A stretch of 64,000 nucleotides of DNA from Chrysomallon squamiferum (GCA_012295275.1 CM022665.1:35650001-35714000), one strand, 5' to 3'. Numbered from the stretch's first letter, positions 13,117 through 25,879 are shown. The notes: generated from the sequence alone by a model not told the origin. A program made the numbers and translations.

Positions 13117-16100
13117 GGCACACACACAAACACAGAGTATGATTTATGAGAACATACTGTATTTCCCAATTTGGGTTTTACAGTCTAAATATTATCTTGC
13201 CAACAACAATAAAATGTGGTTGATATCAAACATATGACTGTATTTGACAGCAATGTTAATCCTAGCAACAGTAATTCAAAGCATATTAACATAAAATTAT
13301 AAAAAAAATCATCAGTCACAATTCAAAGTAATTGCTAATGAATTTTCATAAAATATTAAATTTTTTAAAATACAACAGTATTAATTTATACATTTTACCA
13401 TTTACCATTTGTGCCATGTTATTTATTTGATAAAACATTGTATACCAATTAAAATTTTAATGCAGCTCATTCTTGTACCTAGACTGTTCACCAAAAATAC
13501 ATTTTATATTTGACTACTTTCAAATATTCTGTGCTTGTGAAAAACTGAATGAATAAAGAAATTATAACAGTTATAAATATGTATAACATTAGTGTGATGT
13601 CACTTAAGTGGCATGTGGAGTCATCAGGGAGAGATATAAACTGTTAGAACAGAAGAGAAAAAAGTACATTTGGCAGGTTCTGATGCACAATCTAAAAAGT
13701 AAATTGTATATTTTAAAGATTTTTTGACCAAGAATTTTAATGTAATTTGATACACACAGGTAATAAAACTACACATGTATTGTGTATAACCAAGAAATAG
13801 TTAATTCTTTTGCATTTTGAATCCAACTGTATTTTGATGATTCGTTTCAACTTATATTTGTTTAAACCAATAAATAAGTTGTAGACATACATACATACAT
13901 ACATACACAGTAGCAGAGTATAATAAAATTAAAATCTATTAATATTACAAGAAATAATTGTGCTGGTTCTGTAGCTTTTGAAGTAGGTGGTAGCAGATGG
14001 TAATAGTTCAGTCAATCACTATGCAAAATGTGCAAAACCTTGTGCTTTTTAACCTCTTAACTCGACTGTCAATCAACCTGTGACATGAATTACATGAAAA
14101 TAAAGATGAAGATTTTTATTTCTTGAATAGTGTATTGTTTGTTTGATCGTGGGTTATTCAGTGAATTTGTTACCTGCATTTGAGAAACATGATCTTTTAA
14201 ACAATCCTGGCAGTGCATTTGTACTAGACAGCTAAAACCATACTTAAAAACAGTAAAAGTAAAAGGCTGTTTTTATCACCATTGCTAATAAAATGAGTTT
14301 TCTGATACATAGAAATAGAGGAAAAATCAGCTTCAAACTCACATTACAATATAGTGCAATGAATTTATCCTCCACAGCTCTAGCATAATTAAAAAAGTTG
14401 TTCAATTTCTTTGTGACTGATAGTAGCCCTTTCCAAAATAACATCTGTTACCTCTGGCCGATTGATGATTTCTGTGTTGAAAATGGTATTGAGCACACAA
14501 AGTAATTTATCTTGGTCCTTGAAAAGTCAGTTATTATAGTTATTTAATATTTTTCTAATTGTTTATATATATATATATATATACAATGGTGTCCCCAGCA
14601 TTTGTGAAAGGGATGGCGGGAATCGATGTAACTGGTGCAAGTTAAACAAAGGGATGGTACAGGGTACGAGTACTTTGAACAGTGTTCAAATTATTTTTGT
14701 CAAAAATCCTGCTATAGTTAATTGCAGCAAATGCATTAACTATTAGCAAGTTTATTTTATGTGAGATTGTTTTTTTATTTTTCTTAGAGTAAAAGATCGC
14801 CATGCAGAGTTATGATGAATATATATGAGAATGTGACATTGAGTTGGCAATGCACTGTTGATAATACTTATTTTTATATTGTGTGGATCGAGCACACATC
14901 CGCCAGTCTAAATAAACATGTGGCAGACATTGTTGCTGTTGCTGATGAATGGCGGGTGAACTCATTACAAGCTGTAAGTGTTGGTGGGCCCGCCATCTCT
15001 TACAGTATATAACAAGACCTCTGATATATATATATATTCTGCTCTGAAAAACACTAACATCATCAAAGCATAACAAAATTTAACAAACCTATCAATGATC
15101 CACTTCAGTTAAAAAGAAAGAAGTTTCTTTCACAATTTAATACTGAAATGGACTGTATAGGCAACTATGATAGTGTAATATTTTATAATGATGTCTTTTA
15201 TTTTGTTTAGGAATAAAAAAATATGCATTATATTCAGGGGTGTTTCTGTTGATCTCATCACAGGGTAGGTCATGGAAGTTAGCTTTGTTCGATACTAGAG
15301 TATCAGCCTATACCTTCTACTTCTTGCTTCACTTTCAGTGTTTATTACTGAAACACCATATTTGTTTTAATTCAAATGATACAACTTATAAAAAGAAAGT
15401 CAAGAAAGTCTGAAAGTGACAGATAATTAAAAAAAGTTGAAGACAGTCACTTTGTTAATGGAGGACGAACTCTCTGAACTAGAATTGTTTCCACAGAATA
15501 GTATTAATAATAAAATTAAACAGTCAGAAACAAGTACATCTGATAATTTACATATAAGTGATTACAACAAGCAGTGAAGATTTTGAGACAAATTCTTCAG
15601 AATACATTCTAGGAGGGACATCTGAAAAGTAAAAGATCAAAACAAGTAACAAATAACAAGTGGATACTGTATGTGTGGGATTCATGATAATCACATATTG
15701 TTTTAATATTAGTTCAACATGTGCAGGCTACTAGTGCAGTACCACTGCTACATTAGTAGTGTGCTATTTTATAGCTACCATATGAATGCCAAGTACAAAT
15801 TCAGCTCAGTATTAAACTGATTACATCTGAAATTGCAGTCAATGATAGAACAGTTCATTATCTTTATCCATGTGATAGTTTTTAAATTTAGGTCATTTGT
15901 GTTTTACTATATGATTGTTGCTTGATCATATTTGCACAAGTCATTTCTGCTTTCTTCTCATGTTTGGAGGATCGTATCATCAAGTAGAATGCAATGCTGA
16001 TTGTCAGAAAAATTACAAGTCCTCTCAGTGTGGAGTACTTTCAGGCATCAAAAGTGAGATAGGCACTTTCAGAAATGGTGTTTTTGAACATTATGTCATT

Positions 16101-19100
16101 TTTAAATACTTGTTTTTCTGATTTTCATGAGTTGACATTTTTATAATCATTTTAATATTGCATACTCAGCCTTGAAAATGTGTGAGGTACTTCATGTGGT
16201 AGTAAAACAAATATCAGTATGTGGTCCCTGTTGTTTGTTAATTAATCGAAGTAATGTTTGTTATGAATGGCTGAAAATAGCTCATATCACTTTTGCTGAT
16301 GTTGTTGCTGTGCCATCAATATTCCAAAAATCATACCTCAAAAAGTAAGCAAGGTGTAAAAATAATTGTTTTTGTTGTGTATTTTAACTAACAGAAATGT
16401 GAAAATGTATATAAATTTTAAAATTTTGATTACTGTTACCTATTTGAAGTCTTGTAATATGCATTAAACCACCAAATGAAATGTTAGATATAGACACACA
16501 CTGACTTTATGATGACAATATGAATTTCCAATAGTAACTAATATGCTGGATCCAAATTTTTGATTGTATGTTGATTATATTATAACTTGAACCAGTAATT
16601 GAAATGCTCAATACAAAAGCATACTGAATTTATTAAAATAAACTGATTTCAGACTGGTCCAGTAAGATTGTTTGTCCCATACAAAAGACGAAAGAAAGAT
16701 AGTGAAAGTGGTGGATCATCATCTCCTCACCAAAATCCACCAAAGAAGATGAAGGGAAGTAAAGCTGCAACTGTAATTCCCAAAGTTGAAGCAGGTAAAA
16801 CTAGATTTAAATTACTGTTCTGAATGAATCTGTTGTATCAAAATATATAAACATTGAAATTTATTTATTTGCTTTTTAAAAAAAAAAATCTTTTGAAATG
16901 ATAAAACAAAATGTGTGTATGTATGACTTGTGTTGCTGGTAGAAGTAATTTCTGTAGACATATTTTTATTTTTAGTTTTGAAATATATTTGTTTTTCATT
17001 TCAAATAATAACTTTAACATGTTTTAGGTATAGCTGTTTCTAATGTTGTATCAATTGCTAACAATACGAGGCCAATATCAGTAACAAATGCAGAAAGTGG
17101 TGAGACTGTTCATATAGTTACCACTGACAGCCATGGCAATCTCATTTCTGGAGGTATGTAATATACTTCTATAATCAATCACATTAAGATGTGTAATAAT
17201 GTTTTAGGTATAAGATATTTTCGTCTCTGTACATAGGTGATAAAATGTTGTGGTTTTAATGTTAGTGATATATATTTTATTACACAAAACTCTCTATGAG
17301 AAAATGAAACTCAAAACAATTTTCCGTACACTGATTTATTCAGAATAAATAATTCCTACTTTACAGATCTTTTAAGATAAAATATATCTCATGTAAATGA
17401 CAGATAATAACAGTTTTACTCACAACTTTTAAAGTTTAGCAGTATAGTATACCTTTGCTAATAAAAAGAAATGGCCTAAATACATTTTGTACATTTACAA
17501 GTGATATTTTATTTGCAATTGCATCCAGACTTTAATAATGCTATTTATAAAAACTTATGTTTTCTTTTTTCTTATTTTTCTTCACTTTGTTTTTTTTTAA
17601 GTTGTACAAATGTCGTGGGATATGATAATTGGAAAGTTGTCACATCCTTCAGTCACAGATTTGTTTCCTTTTTTAACATAAGAAAATGTGTCTTGAATCA
17701 CAATTATGCCATTTTTCCTTTTCTTTTTTTTCACATGAATCTTTTATATTGTTTTTCTTACAATCATTGTTAATAACACTGAATGACAGCAGTTTACCAA
17801 AAAAAAAAAATATTATACAAAATTTAGATTATTTGTTACTTATTGCCAATGGTACATTTAAATAATTAATCTAGAGAATAATTCTTAATTTGTTTCCCAA
17901 TTATTGTAAGTGTTTTAAAAGAAACACAATTATTGTGTTAACAAAAAAAAACAAAAAAAATGTATTTAATATATATTCTCAGAAACTGTTAACATTTAAA
18001 TTTGTAACAGATGCTGTGGTAATGACTCCCATCACATTGGGCCCTGGATCTAAGCCTGGAACTGCCATTGTAACAATGGATGTTAATGAACAGAAGCAGT
18101 GGTGGCAGCTGGAAGAGGTTAGTGTTAAAAACTTTATTTCCATTTTTTATTTTTTTATTTATTTATTTTTTTAAACTGAATAAATAAAGTATTTAGATTA
18201 GACATCTCAAGATAAAAATTTCCTTCTTTTGAGCTTTATAAGATATTAGGAATTTGCGATACAGACTCCACCTTTAATATCCACATGCTCACAGAATAAC
18301 ATGATAATTATGGTAGTTGATCAAATATTTTTATTTGCAGTATAAATAAAATACATCTGCTGTCTTAGACAAAGAAAAAGAATAAACATTTTTAGTAAAA
18401 GATATTTGTAGACTTCAGAATATTGAAAATTAAATTCAGTTTTCCCTTTTTTTAAAGACTTACAGCATTTAATAATTACCTTTATTATCTATAGACATTA
18501 ACATAATATAAAATCTACAAAACATCATTAAACATGAAAATAGGTTTTATTTTTTAAAATTATAATGTTATGTCAAATTCATTTACAGTTTAGTTAGTAT
18601 CGAGAAAATGGCTATAGATTAATCAAAATATATATTTTTTTTTAAATCACCTTTATAACCAGTTTACTAATACCATGGATTTATAAGTATTTTTGAAAAC
18701 TGAAATTCCTGGTTACAGGTTATTTTAGGTAACAGCCAACATGTATTAAGAGATGTTCTATCTTTGTTTCAGATTTGCAACAGTGTTATTCAGCAAGCCC
18801 AGGGTCTTAAAGCCATGATTGATCATTTAAAACAACAATCTCTGTTGTCAAAAGAACAGGCCCTACAACAATTAAAGATGCAAATGGAGAAAGAAAAACA
18901 AGAAGTAATATATAATTATGTAATATATACATATATATATATATATATATAAAACTATAAAACAAATCACACTAGCCTATTATCTGCTCTAGGCACTGTA
19001 AAAGACAAATTATAATAAATTATAATTCAAATATTTTAGAGTTGTATTTTATTCATTGTATAGAAAATAAACTGATATAATTAAAAGCAGTGGTATAATT

Positions 19101-19941
19101 GTAAATATATAATTCATAAATATGCCAGTGAGTTATAATTTTTCTTTTGAATGAATACTTAAATTAGATTATTAAAATAAAGGATTAAAAATTATTATTT
19201 ACACGACATGCATAAATTTGTTAATATTAGTACAAATTTTCTAAATCCCTATCATCATCTTATAAAAGAATATTTGCATTAGTATTCCTTGAAAGAAATG
19301 TTATTTTAATAATCAAGTATTTTTTTATTTGACTATTGTTTGTATAATATATATTCAGAGCCTTGACAGCCAAAGTGTAATTTACATATGAATAAATAAG
19401 CGAATAACAAAATGACAATTCATAATGTTTATCAGTGACATCTGTCATTTATTATTTTTGGAGAAAGAATCCCAACATTTTAAATAAGCATTTCACCAGT
19501 GACTGGGAAAATTTGTCTGCACTGGATTTTTCTAATTTTAACATGTAACTTCATCACACAAAAGTTGTGGATCACTTAATAAGTCAGTATTCTCTTTAAA
19601 ATTCATATGTTTTACTACACAGGCCATTCCAACCTATTATGTGACAACCGAACATTAATCCTACCTTGCAGGCGTTGCAAGCAGCACGATTGGATGCACA
19701 GATGTTGCTGCAGCGTGCTATTATGGATGAGCGAGCTCAGAAAGAACTTGCCATACAGGAAGCTATTGCCCAGGTGAGGGCTGAAATGCAAGCAAAAGGG
19801 GAAACTGTAACAGTGGTAGCTGCAGATGACGACAAAGTAACGTACAATGTAACCTGGACAAGCCAGCCAACTCAGAATAATATTCATGGTATAATGGAAG
19901 GAGAAGTTGAAGAAATTGATTCAGACAAAGACAAAGAGTGA
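10666..19941 (+). CDS. DEAF1: DEAF1-like SAND-domain transcription factor, complete, 464 aa, no MYND finger seen
   Basis: Exons 10666-11074, 12733-12941, 16653-16794, 17028-17153, 18011-18117, 18773-18904, 19672-19941; GT-AG and phase-consistent. SAND domain [54 protein letters not shown]; zinc motif [13 protein letters not shown]; [14 protein letters not shown] (NLS); [19 protein letters not shown] (NES/coiled coil). These match DEAF1 hallmarks. Confidence 0.93.
11244..11352. repeat. (TA)n/(CA)n microsatellite
   Basis: Directly visible dinucleotide run in DEAF1 intron 1. Confidence 0.95.
12284..12477. mobile_element. Tc1/mariner-pogo (Tigger-like) MITE
   Basis: Terminal inverted repeats CAGTGGTACCT...AGGTACCACTG (11 bp perfect, imperfect beyond) flanked by a TA target-site duplication (12282-83, 12478-79); 194 bp, no transposase. 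Confidence 0.88.
12733..12941 (+). CDS. DEAF1: DEAF1 exon 2 (SAND KDWK motif and zinc-binding motif)
   Basis: TTCAG/GTAAGT; [69 protein letters not shown]. Confidence 0.96.
13990..16180 (+). repeat. Degenerate element, copy B, in DEAF1 intron 2 (inverted homolog of 5927-7540), interrupted by an insertion at about 14560-15190
   Basis: Shared blocks such as TGCAATGAATTTAT, TTTTATTTTGTT.AG.AATAAAAAAAT, ATAAAAAGAAAGTCAAGAAA, TTGAAGACAGTCACT, ACAAGTACATCTGAT, plus the 293-bp near-identical core. Confidence 0.9.
14584..15023. mobile_element. Probable non-autonomous DNA element inserted into a (TA)n tract
   Basis: GC/CpG-richer block flanked on both sides by TA runs and absent from the homologous PATL1 intron copy; ends CAATGGT.../...ACCTCTG are loosely inverted; internal ATGGCGGG twice and its complement CCCGCCAT. 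Confidence 0.5.
16653..16794 (+). CDS. DEAF1: DEAF1 exon 3 (NLS)
   Basis: TTTCAG/GTAAAA; [18 protein letters not shown]. Confidence 0.93.
17028..17153 (+). CDS. DEAF1: DEAF1 exon 4
   Basis: TTTTAG/GTATGT, phase 1-1; [41 protein letters not shown]. Confidence 0.85.
18011..18117 (+). CDS. DEAF1: DEAF1 exon 5
   Basis: AACAG/GTTAGT; ends QKQWWQLEE. Confidence 0.88.
18773..18904 (+). CDS. DEAF1: DEAF1 exon 6 (coiled coil)
   Basis: TTTCAG/GTAATA; [28 protein letters not shown]. Confidence 0.88.
19672..19941 (+). CDS. DEAF1: DEAF1 terminal exon 7
   Basis: CCTTGCAG acceptor; [20 protein letters not shown] then TGA. Confidence 0.85.
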   Translation, partial: ALQAARLDAQMLLQRAIMDERAQKELAIQEAIAQVRAEMQAKGETVTVVAADDDKVTYNVTWTSQPTQNNIHGIMEGEVEEIDSDKDKE

Positions 19942-20024
19942 ACTTGTTATTTTTAAAATAAAAATACACAGCTGTTTATTGACTAGAGTGTAAAGATATA
20001 GCTCAAAACGAAATGCAAATATAA

Positions 20025-20186
20025 TTATATACATACACACACTTACACACACATATATACATAAACATATATATATATTAGACACATTCATACACATAAA
20101 TGTGTGTGTGTGTATGTATATATATATATATATATATATACACACAGATGCATACATACATACATACATACATACACACATACATA
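20025..20186. repeat. Compound (CA)/(TA)/(TG)/(CATA) microsatellite in the DEAF1 3' region
   Basis: Directly visible. Confidence 0.9.
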
Positions 20187-22759
20187 ATAGTGTGAATAAT
20201 AGTGATTAAAAAGTGAAGTTTTGAGATTTTATTATTACAAATGAGTTGAAGAGTTACCTCAAGTTTTCGATAGTGCGATAATTGTGGTGAAATAATCTAA
20301 CTGGAGGTATTACTAACATGGTCTAGGTTACTACTACTTGGAGTTAAATTTTAATATTTTTCATTATCAATCTTTCTTTTTTTTTCAGTTATTCACCAGT
20401 TTTTATATAGCTTATATATTTACTATTAATACTGTTAAATCAAATAAGAATAGCTGTTGAAACATGCATTATTTCAAGAATTTGTTTTGTGTGGTATGGC
20501 TTGTATGATTCAGTGCTATAAATGTTCAGCCAGCATTTACTTGTAATTTAAAAATGTAGTTAGGATAACAAATATTTTGAGAAGACAGTAAGTTCCAATG
20601 TCCAAATAATCTTTGTTGCCTAAAAGTAAAGGAAGGACACCAGCAGAATTTAGCTTCAAATTAATATAACATTTAAATTTGACATTTGTTACAATTTAAA
20701 AGACTGATTTGATGAGGTAATTTTATTTGGCTTGATTTCTTTTTCTTTTTTTTTAAAATAAATTTGTACATTTTATTAAAGAAATAGAAAATTCTATTCA
20801 TAAAAATATAATGATTTATAAAGTTAAATAAAACAACATATTTAATATATTTATTTCATGTGATAAAGAGAATTTCACATGATGAGGTGGTTAATGATCA
20901 TATGTGTTCATTGAAATGTTTGAAGTTAACAGAAGTAATGTATCAAATGTTTACTTGATTGTTTATAACACTGATGTAAAGTGGAAATGCAGCAAGCTCA
21001 GTTTCCCCCTATATGTATGTACACAACATTCCTTGCATTGGTATGAGTTCTCTTGTTAATGCAGTTTTTAGAAGTGTTTTGACATTTTCCCTCCTTTGTT
21101 TGGGAACAGTTTATTTTTTAAGTTAGACATTTCATCTTTCATCCTATTGGTTTTGGATTAATCATACATTTGTTGAACTGTTTGAATGATTTCATAATTG
21201 TAGTTCTGGTTAAAGCATGTGAAAAAAAAGGTTTATATGTTAACATTGATCACACATTTATTCTTGTGTGTTTTAGTTCAACATATTACCTTTTACTTTT
21301 TTCTCTGTTAATAATGTTCCTGAATTCATTCATTCTTTATTGTATTACCTTTTATTCTGAAGTTGCCAAGTTTTGCTTCACAAGTAATTACTGTGTGAAA
21401 AAAGGCAGCATTTGTCCTTTAATTATTTTTCCAGACGAGAATAATGCCCAATTAAAAAACATTGTTTTGTTAAATTAACTGTTGGTAATAAATATCTTAA
21501 CTGGATATAACATTTCTGTTATAAATTTAATAAAATATTGATGATAACTTTAAATTGTGAAAGATTTTTTAAATTACAATTTTATTTTTTATTATTAACC
21601 ATTTATTAATTAACAGTCAAATATTTAAATTATTACATTCACTAATATTCAGCTACATCTCATTAAGGAAAATGAATATTAAAGAAGCTATATATTTATA
21701 TGGGTTTTTCCATTGGTTTTTTTTTTTTTTTTTTTTTACTATTTATTATTATTTTTTTAATTCTTTATTATGATTATTGTACTGCTTATATGAGGCTTCA
21801 TACCATGTCAGCCATAATATATATTTTTCTAATTACCTATTTAAAGTTTAGATCAAATACTAGAGGTTCTTTGTAAAATGGATTATGTTTACCAAAAGCA
21901 AAATATGCATTTGGAATAAGAAAAAGAAGAAAATTTGTGTTTGTTATTGGAAATTTGTATTTTTGAATTTTGAATTTTTTTCAAAGATTTCATTGATGTT
22001 CTTGTTAAAAGTTTAGCATTTTAACACTTTACGTTTTAGTATTGTGTTGTAATTCATAATCTGAATAATAATAAATCTTATAATTATCCACTCTGAAATT
22101 CAGTAAATAAAATTATTAAAAACCTAAATAAACAAAATGAAATATCAGTTATTAAGAATTAACTCATATTACAGTTCAGATAATATATTATATACTGTTT
22201 GTTCATGTAAGGCAATAAAAAAGTAATTTGAAAATTTTTATTTTTTATTTTTGCCATCAGAATTAAAATTATGAAAAACATTGATTATTTTTATAATTAA
22301 ATTGGCTGGTACTTCAGTAATCTACTGAGCGGTACCACATCATTTGCAATTTCTTAATAAATAAAATACTGTACAATCTAATTAACTTTAACCAATTAAT
22401 TTTTGTTTGATGTTTTTCTAGAATTGTTATATTACAGAAAAATATAAATTTCAATTCTGTTCATAAAAAGTCATTCAAATTGTATTCAAAATAACTGCTT
22501 AACAAGAATGCTTCTTGAGCTGGGAGGTTGGTTATTAACTTTTGTTATTGTTCTGAATGTCTATTTAACTCAGTTTCTTTTAAAATAAATATCAAAATGA
22601 CTGAAAACATACATGGTGAATGGTGTGCAGATCTTGTTGCTCTTTGTAAGAGCTCATATTATGGTATCCCAGCCATTTACTTTACTGAGCCAGATTAAAT
22701 CATTTTCCACTTAACAATTATCAGATTTTCATAATCTTTTTAAATGTAAATTAAAAGTA

Positions 22760-22796
<37 letters not shown>

Positions 22797-22818
22797 TATA
22801 TATATGTATGTATATATA

Positions 22819-22870
<52 letters not shown>
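22760..22870. repeat. (AAT)n, (TG)n and (TA)n microsatellites
   Basis: Directly visible. Confidence 0.9.
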
Positions 22871-22875
<5 letters not shown>

Positions 22876-23329
22876 CATGGTAGAATGGAAGCATCTTGAT
22901 CAAAATGTTTCATTAGCAGCATCTCTTTTTTAGTTGTATTAATATCATTAATTAAATAATTAAAACAAAAAATGAGGTGTCATACCCAAAATTAATTGGT
23001 ACCTAATTGATCCTTGTAGCAAGGTGTAACTGTATTATCTGAATATGGTACTAAAAGTGCCTCTGTATGTTATCAATATTATTTTTGAGCAGTTGTATTT
23101 TTATTACAAATAATTTCAGATGCTATGAGAATTAATCTGTTACTGTTGCTTTTAGCAATGTTTTATCATTATCATGTTCATTTGTATTTAGTGTTCATCT
23201 TTTCACAATAAAATATTTTTATCTCTTTCACTTTCATTTTATATTATGATTACGTCTACATTTTTTTTCTTTTTTTTTTAACCATAATGAAATGTAAATA
23301 TGTATAAAATAAATGAAAATTTTTAAAAA

Positions 23330-25130
23330 TGGATAAATAAATTAATATAATTAAAAATAGAAATTAAATAGAAAGAATGTAATATAAAGTAAGATTAAAA
23401 TAACACGGAAATAAAAAAATAAAAAATAAGAAAATCGGTATAGATAAGAAAAATAAAAGAAATAACAATAAATAAAGAAAAGGACATGGATAAATAAATA
23501 AAAATATATATAAAAAAAAAAAAATAAACGTATAAAGAAATACAAATGATTAAATAATGAGAAATATATACATAAAAAAAAGACAAAAAATAAATACAAA
23601 TAAAAAATGATAACCAAGGGAAAAAATTAATAAAATAAACAAAAAATAAAGAAAGAAATTGATAAAAGACATAATAAGAAATTTATAATAAATAAATAAT
23701 AAATACAGAAATAAAAAAACCCTGAAATATTAGTTAAGTAAGAAAGGAAATTAAATAATTAAAAAGAAATATAAATATATGAATAAATGAATAAGTTAAA
23801 AAAAAATAAGATACAGAAATAAAATGAAAAATACAAATAAATAGTAAATCCAAAATAAAAAAAAGAAATACACATAAATAAAAATAGAAGGAAAAAAGAA
23901 TAAAGAAATAAAAGGACACATAAATTAAAAAAGGAACAAAAACTGAAAAAAGATGTAAAAAATAAAATTCATAATTAAATGATAAATATAGAAATAGACT
24001 TAAAAGAAAACTGAAAAATTAATTAAATATGAAAGCAAATAATAAAAAATAAATAGATAAAAATAAATAGAATAAAATGGATATAAATCAGTAAATAATA
24101 GAAGAAAACATGATAAAAATACAAATAAAATAATAAATATAGATAAATAAAAATTTGAAACAAAATAAAATGATAAATAGAAGGAATAGGGAAAAAATAA
24201 AAGTAAGAATAAAAATAAATAAAAAGACAAATAAGAAATATTATAAATAAATAAATAAATAAATATAGAAATAAAAACAAAAAATTAATTTAAAAAAGAA
24301 GAAAAATAGCAATAGCAGTAATAAAGAAATAAAATTGAAAGAAGCAAGTAATGCAAAAATAAATAAGAACAACAATCAATCATAATAAATAAATAAGAAA
24401 GGAAATAGAAATGAAATTAAAAAACACAAAATAAACCCTGAGAAATATATAAATTAATAAATAAATTAGTAAATTAATAATAAATACATAAACAGTAAAT
24501 AATAAATTAATAAACTTAATTAAAAAATACCAATAGAAATAAATAAATATATATATATATACATAAGAGTAACAAAAAAAAAAAAATAAAGAATGAAACA
24601 CAGAAAGATATAAATAGGGAAAAAGAAGAAATAAAAAAAAAGAACAGAAAAAAAAGAAGAAAAAGATAATGAATAGAAGAACAAGTAAAAATAGAAATAA
24701 AACTTATAAATAGATAAATAAATAAATAAATATATGCAAACAGATAGATAGCTATAGATTTTAGATATATATGCACACAAAAGAAACAAATAGAGGAAAA
24801 TAAAACAGAAAAAATAAAACTGAATAAAGAAACAAAACAAACAAATAAGAAGGAAAACAAAAATAAAAATAAAGAAACAAATAAAATAGATATAAATTAA
24901 TAAATAAATTAGTAAACTGATAATTAATATATAATTAATAGATGAAAATAGAAATAAATTAATTAATAAAAAATTGAAACAAAAATTAAGATAAACGAAT
25001 GAGTAAGTTAAATAATGGAAAATAAATAGAAATAAAAATAAATATATAAATAAATTAATTCACAGCTAAGAAATACAAATAAAGATAAAGAAAGAAAGAA
25101 CACATAAACACTTAAAAATAAATAAATAAA
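23330..25130 (+). repeat. 1.8-kb A-rich low-complexity tract (degenerate AAAT/AAAG/AAAC units)
   Basis: Extreme A bias on the plus strand with very few C; source of the spurious F/I/L/Y-rich minus-strand ORFs. Confidence 0.9.
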
Positions 25131-25811
25131 CATGCCTGGAGATCCCTCTGTTGGAAGACTGGTTACTTTAACAGTAAATACTGTATGCTGCAGATGTCCA
25201 TTATTGTTATTTAACAGTTGTGTTTACATATTATTCTACTTTTGTTTTTGTCATTAGAAGTGGATCCATGACATCTGGAAATGGGGTATGCTCTTGACCT
25301 GCAGTGAATATCCCTTTCAAGGTAAAGTATATTCCATTTTCATTATTATGAGCGTTTTATGTGTGTGTATATGTATGTAAGTGTGTATGTCTATAATATA
25401 TGTATAGACATAGAAACATATAATAACAATTCAGATGTGTCAAACATAAAATAATTTATTCATTGTTAAATTTTGACAAAATAAGGAAGCTTTTGTATAT
25501 ATGCAAAGCAATGCTTTTTTCACAGATGCTTTGCTCATAACTGCAAAGAACTGCAGGAACATACAAACCTGTTTTTTCTGTCATTAAAAATGATATTTGG
25601 AGGGTTATATGAAAATTCAGTTTTGTCAGCAACATATATATATAGTGCAACAGAGAAGTAAGGTACAAATATATTAATTAAACTGTTAAAAGTGAAATAA
25701 ATTGCATTCATAGAGATGTTCAGATTTTTTTTTTATTTTTTTTTAATATTTAAAAACAAAGCCACAAGAAAACTTAAAATCTTTTTTTTTTTTTTTTTTT
25801 TTTTTTAAATG

Positions 25812-25845
<34 letters not shown>

Positions 25846-25879
25846 TAGTTAAGCAGAAATCATTATTACTTTAATTACT

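Noticed and set aside
13590-13690. Box C/D snoRNA-like layout in DEAF1 intron 2
   Set aside because: Imperfect C box, weak terminal stem, no recognisable rRNA guide
17199-17240. Duplicate of the exon 4 acceptor (ATGTTTTAGGTATA) with a nearby GT
   Set aside because: The 29-nt segment ends in a stop and the donor is weak; likely chance or a micro-duplication
20879-20974. ATGATGA...CTGA pair
   Set aside because: Lies in the presumed 3' UTR, the stem is poor, and such pairs are expected by chance in AT-rich DNA
23351-24860. Eight F/I/L/Y-rich minus-strand ORFs resembling membrane or mitochondrial proteins
   Set aside because: Artefacts of the T-rich complement of the low-complexity tract; no conserved motifs
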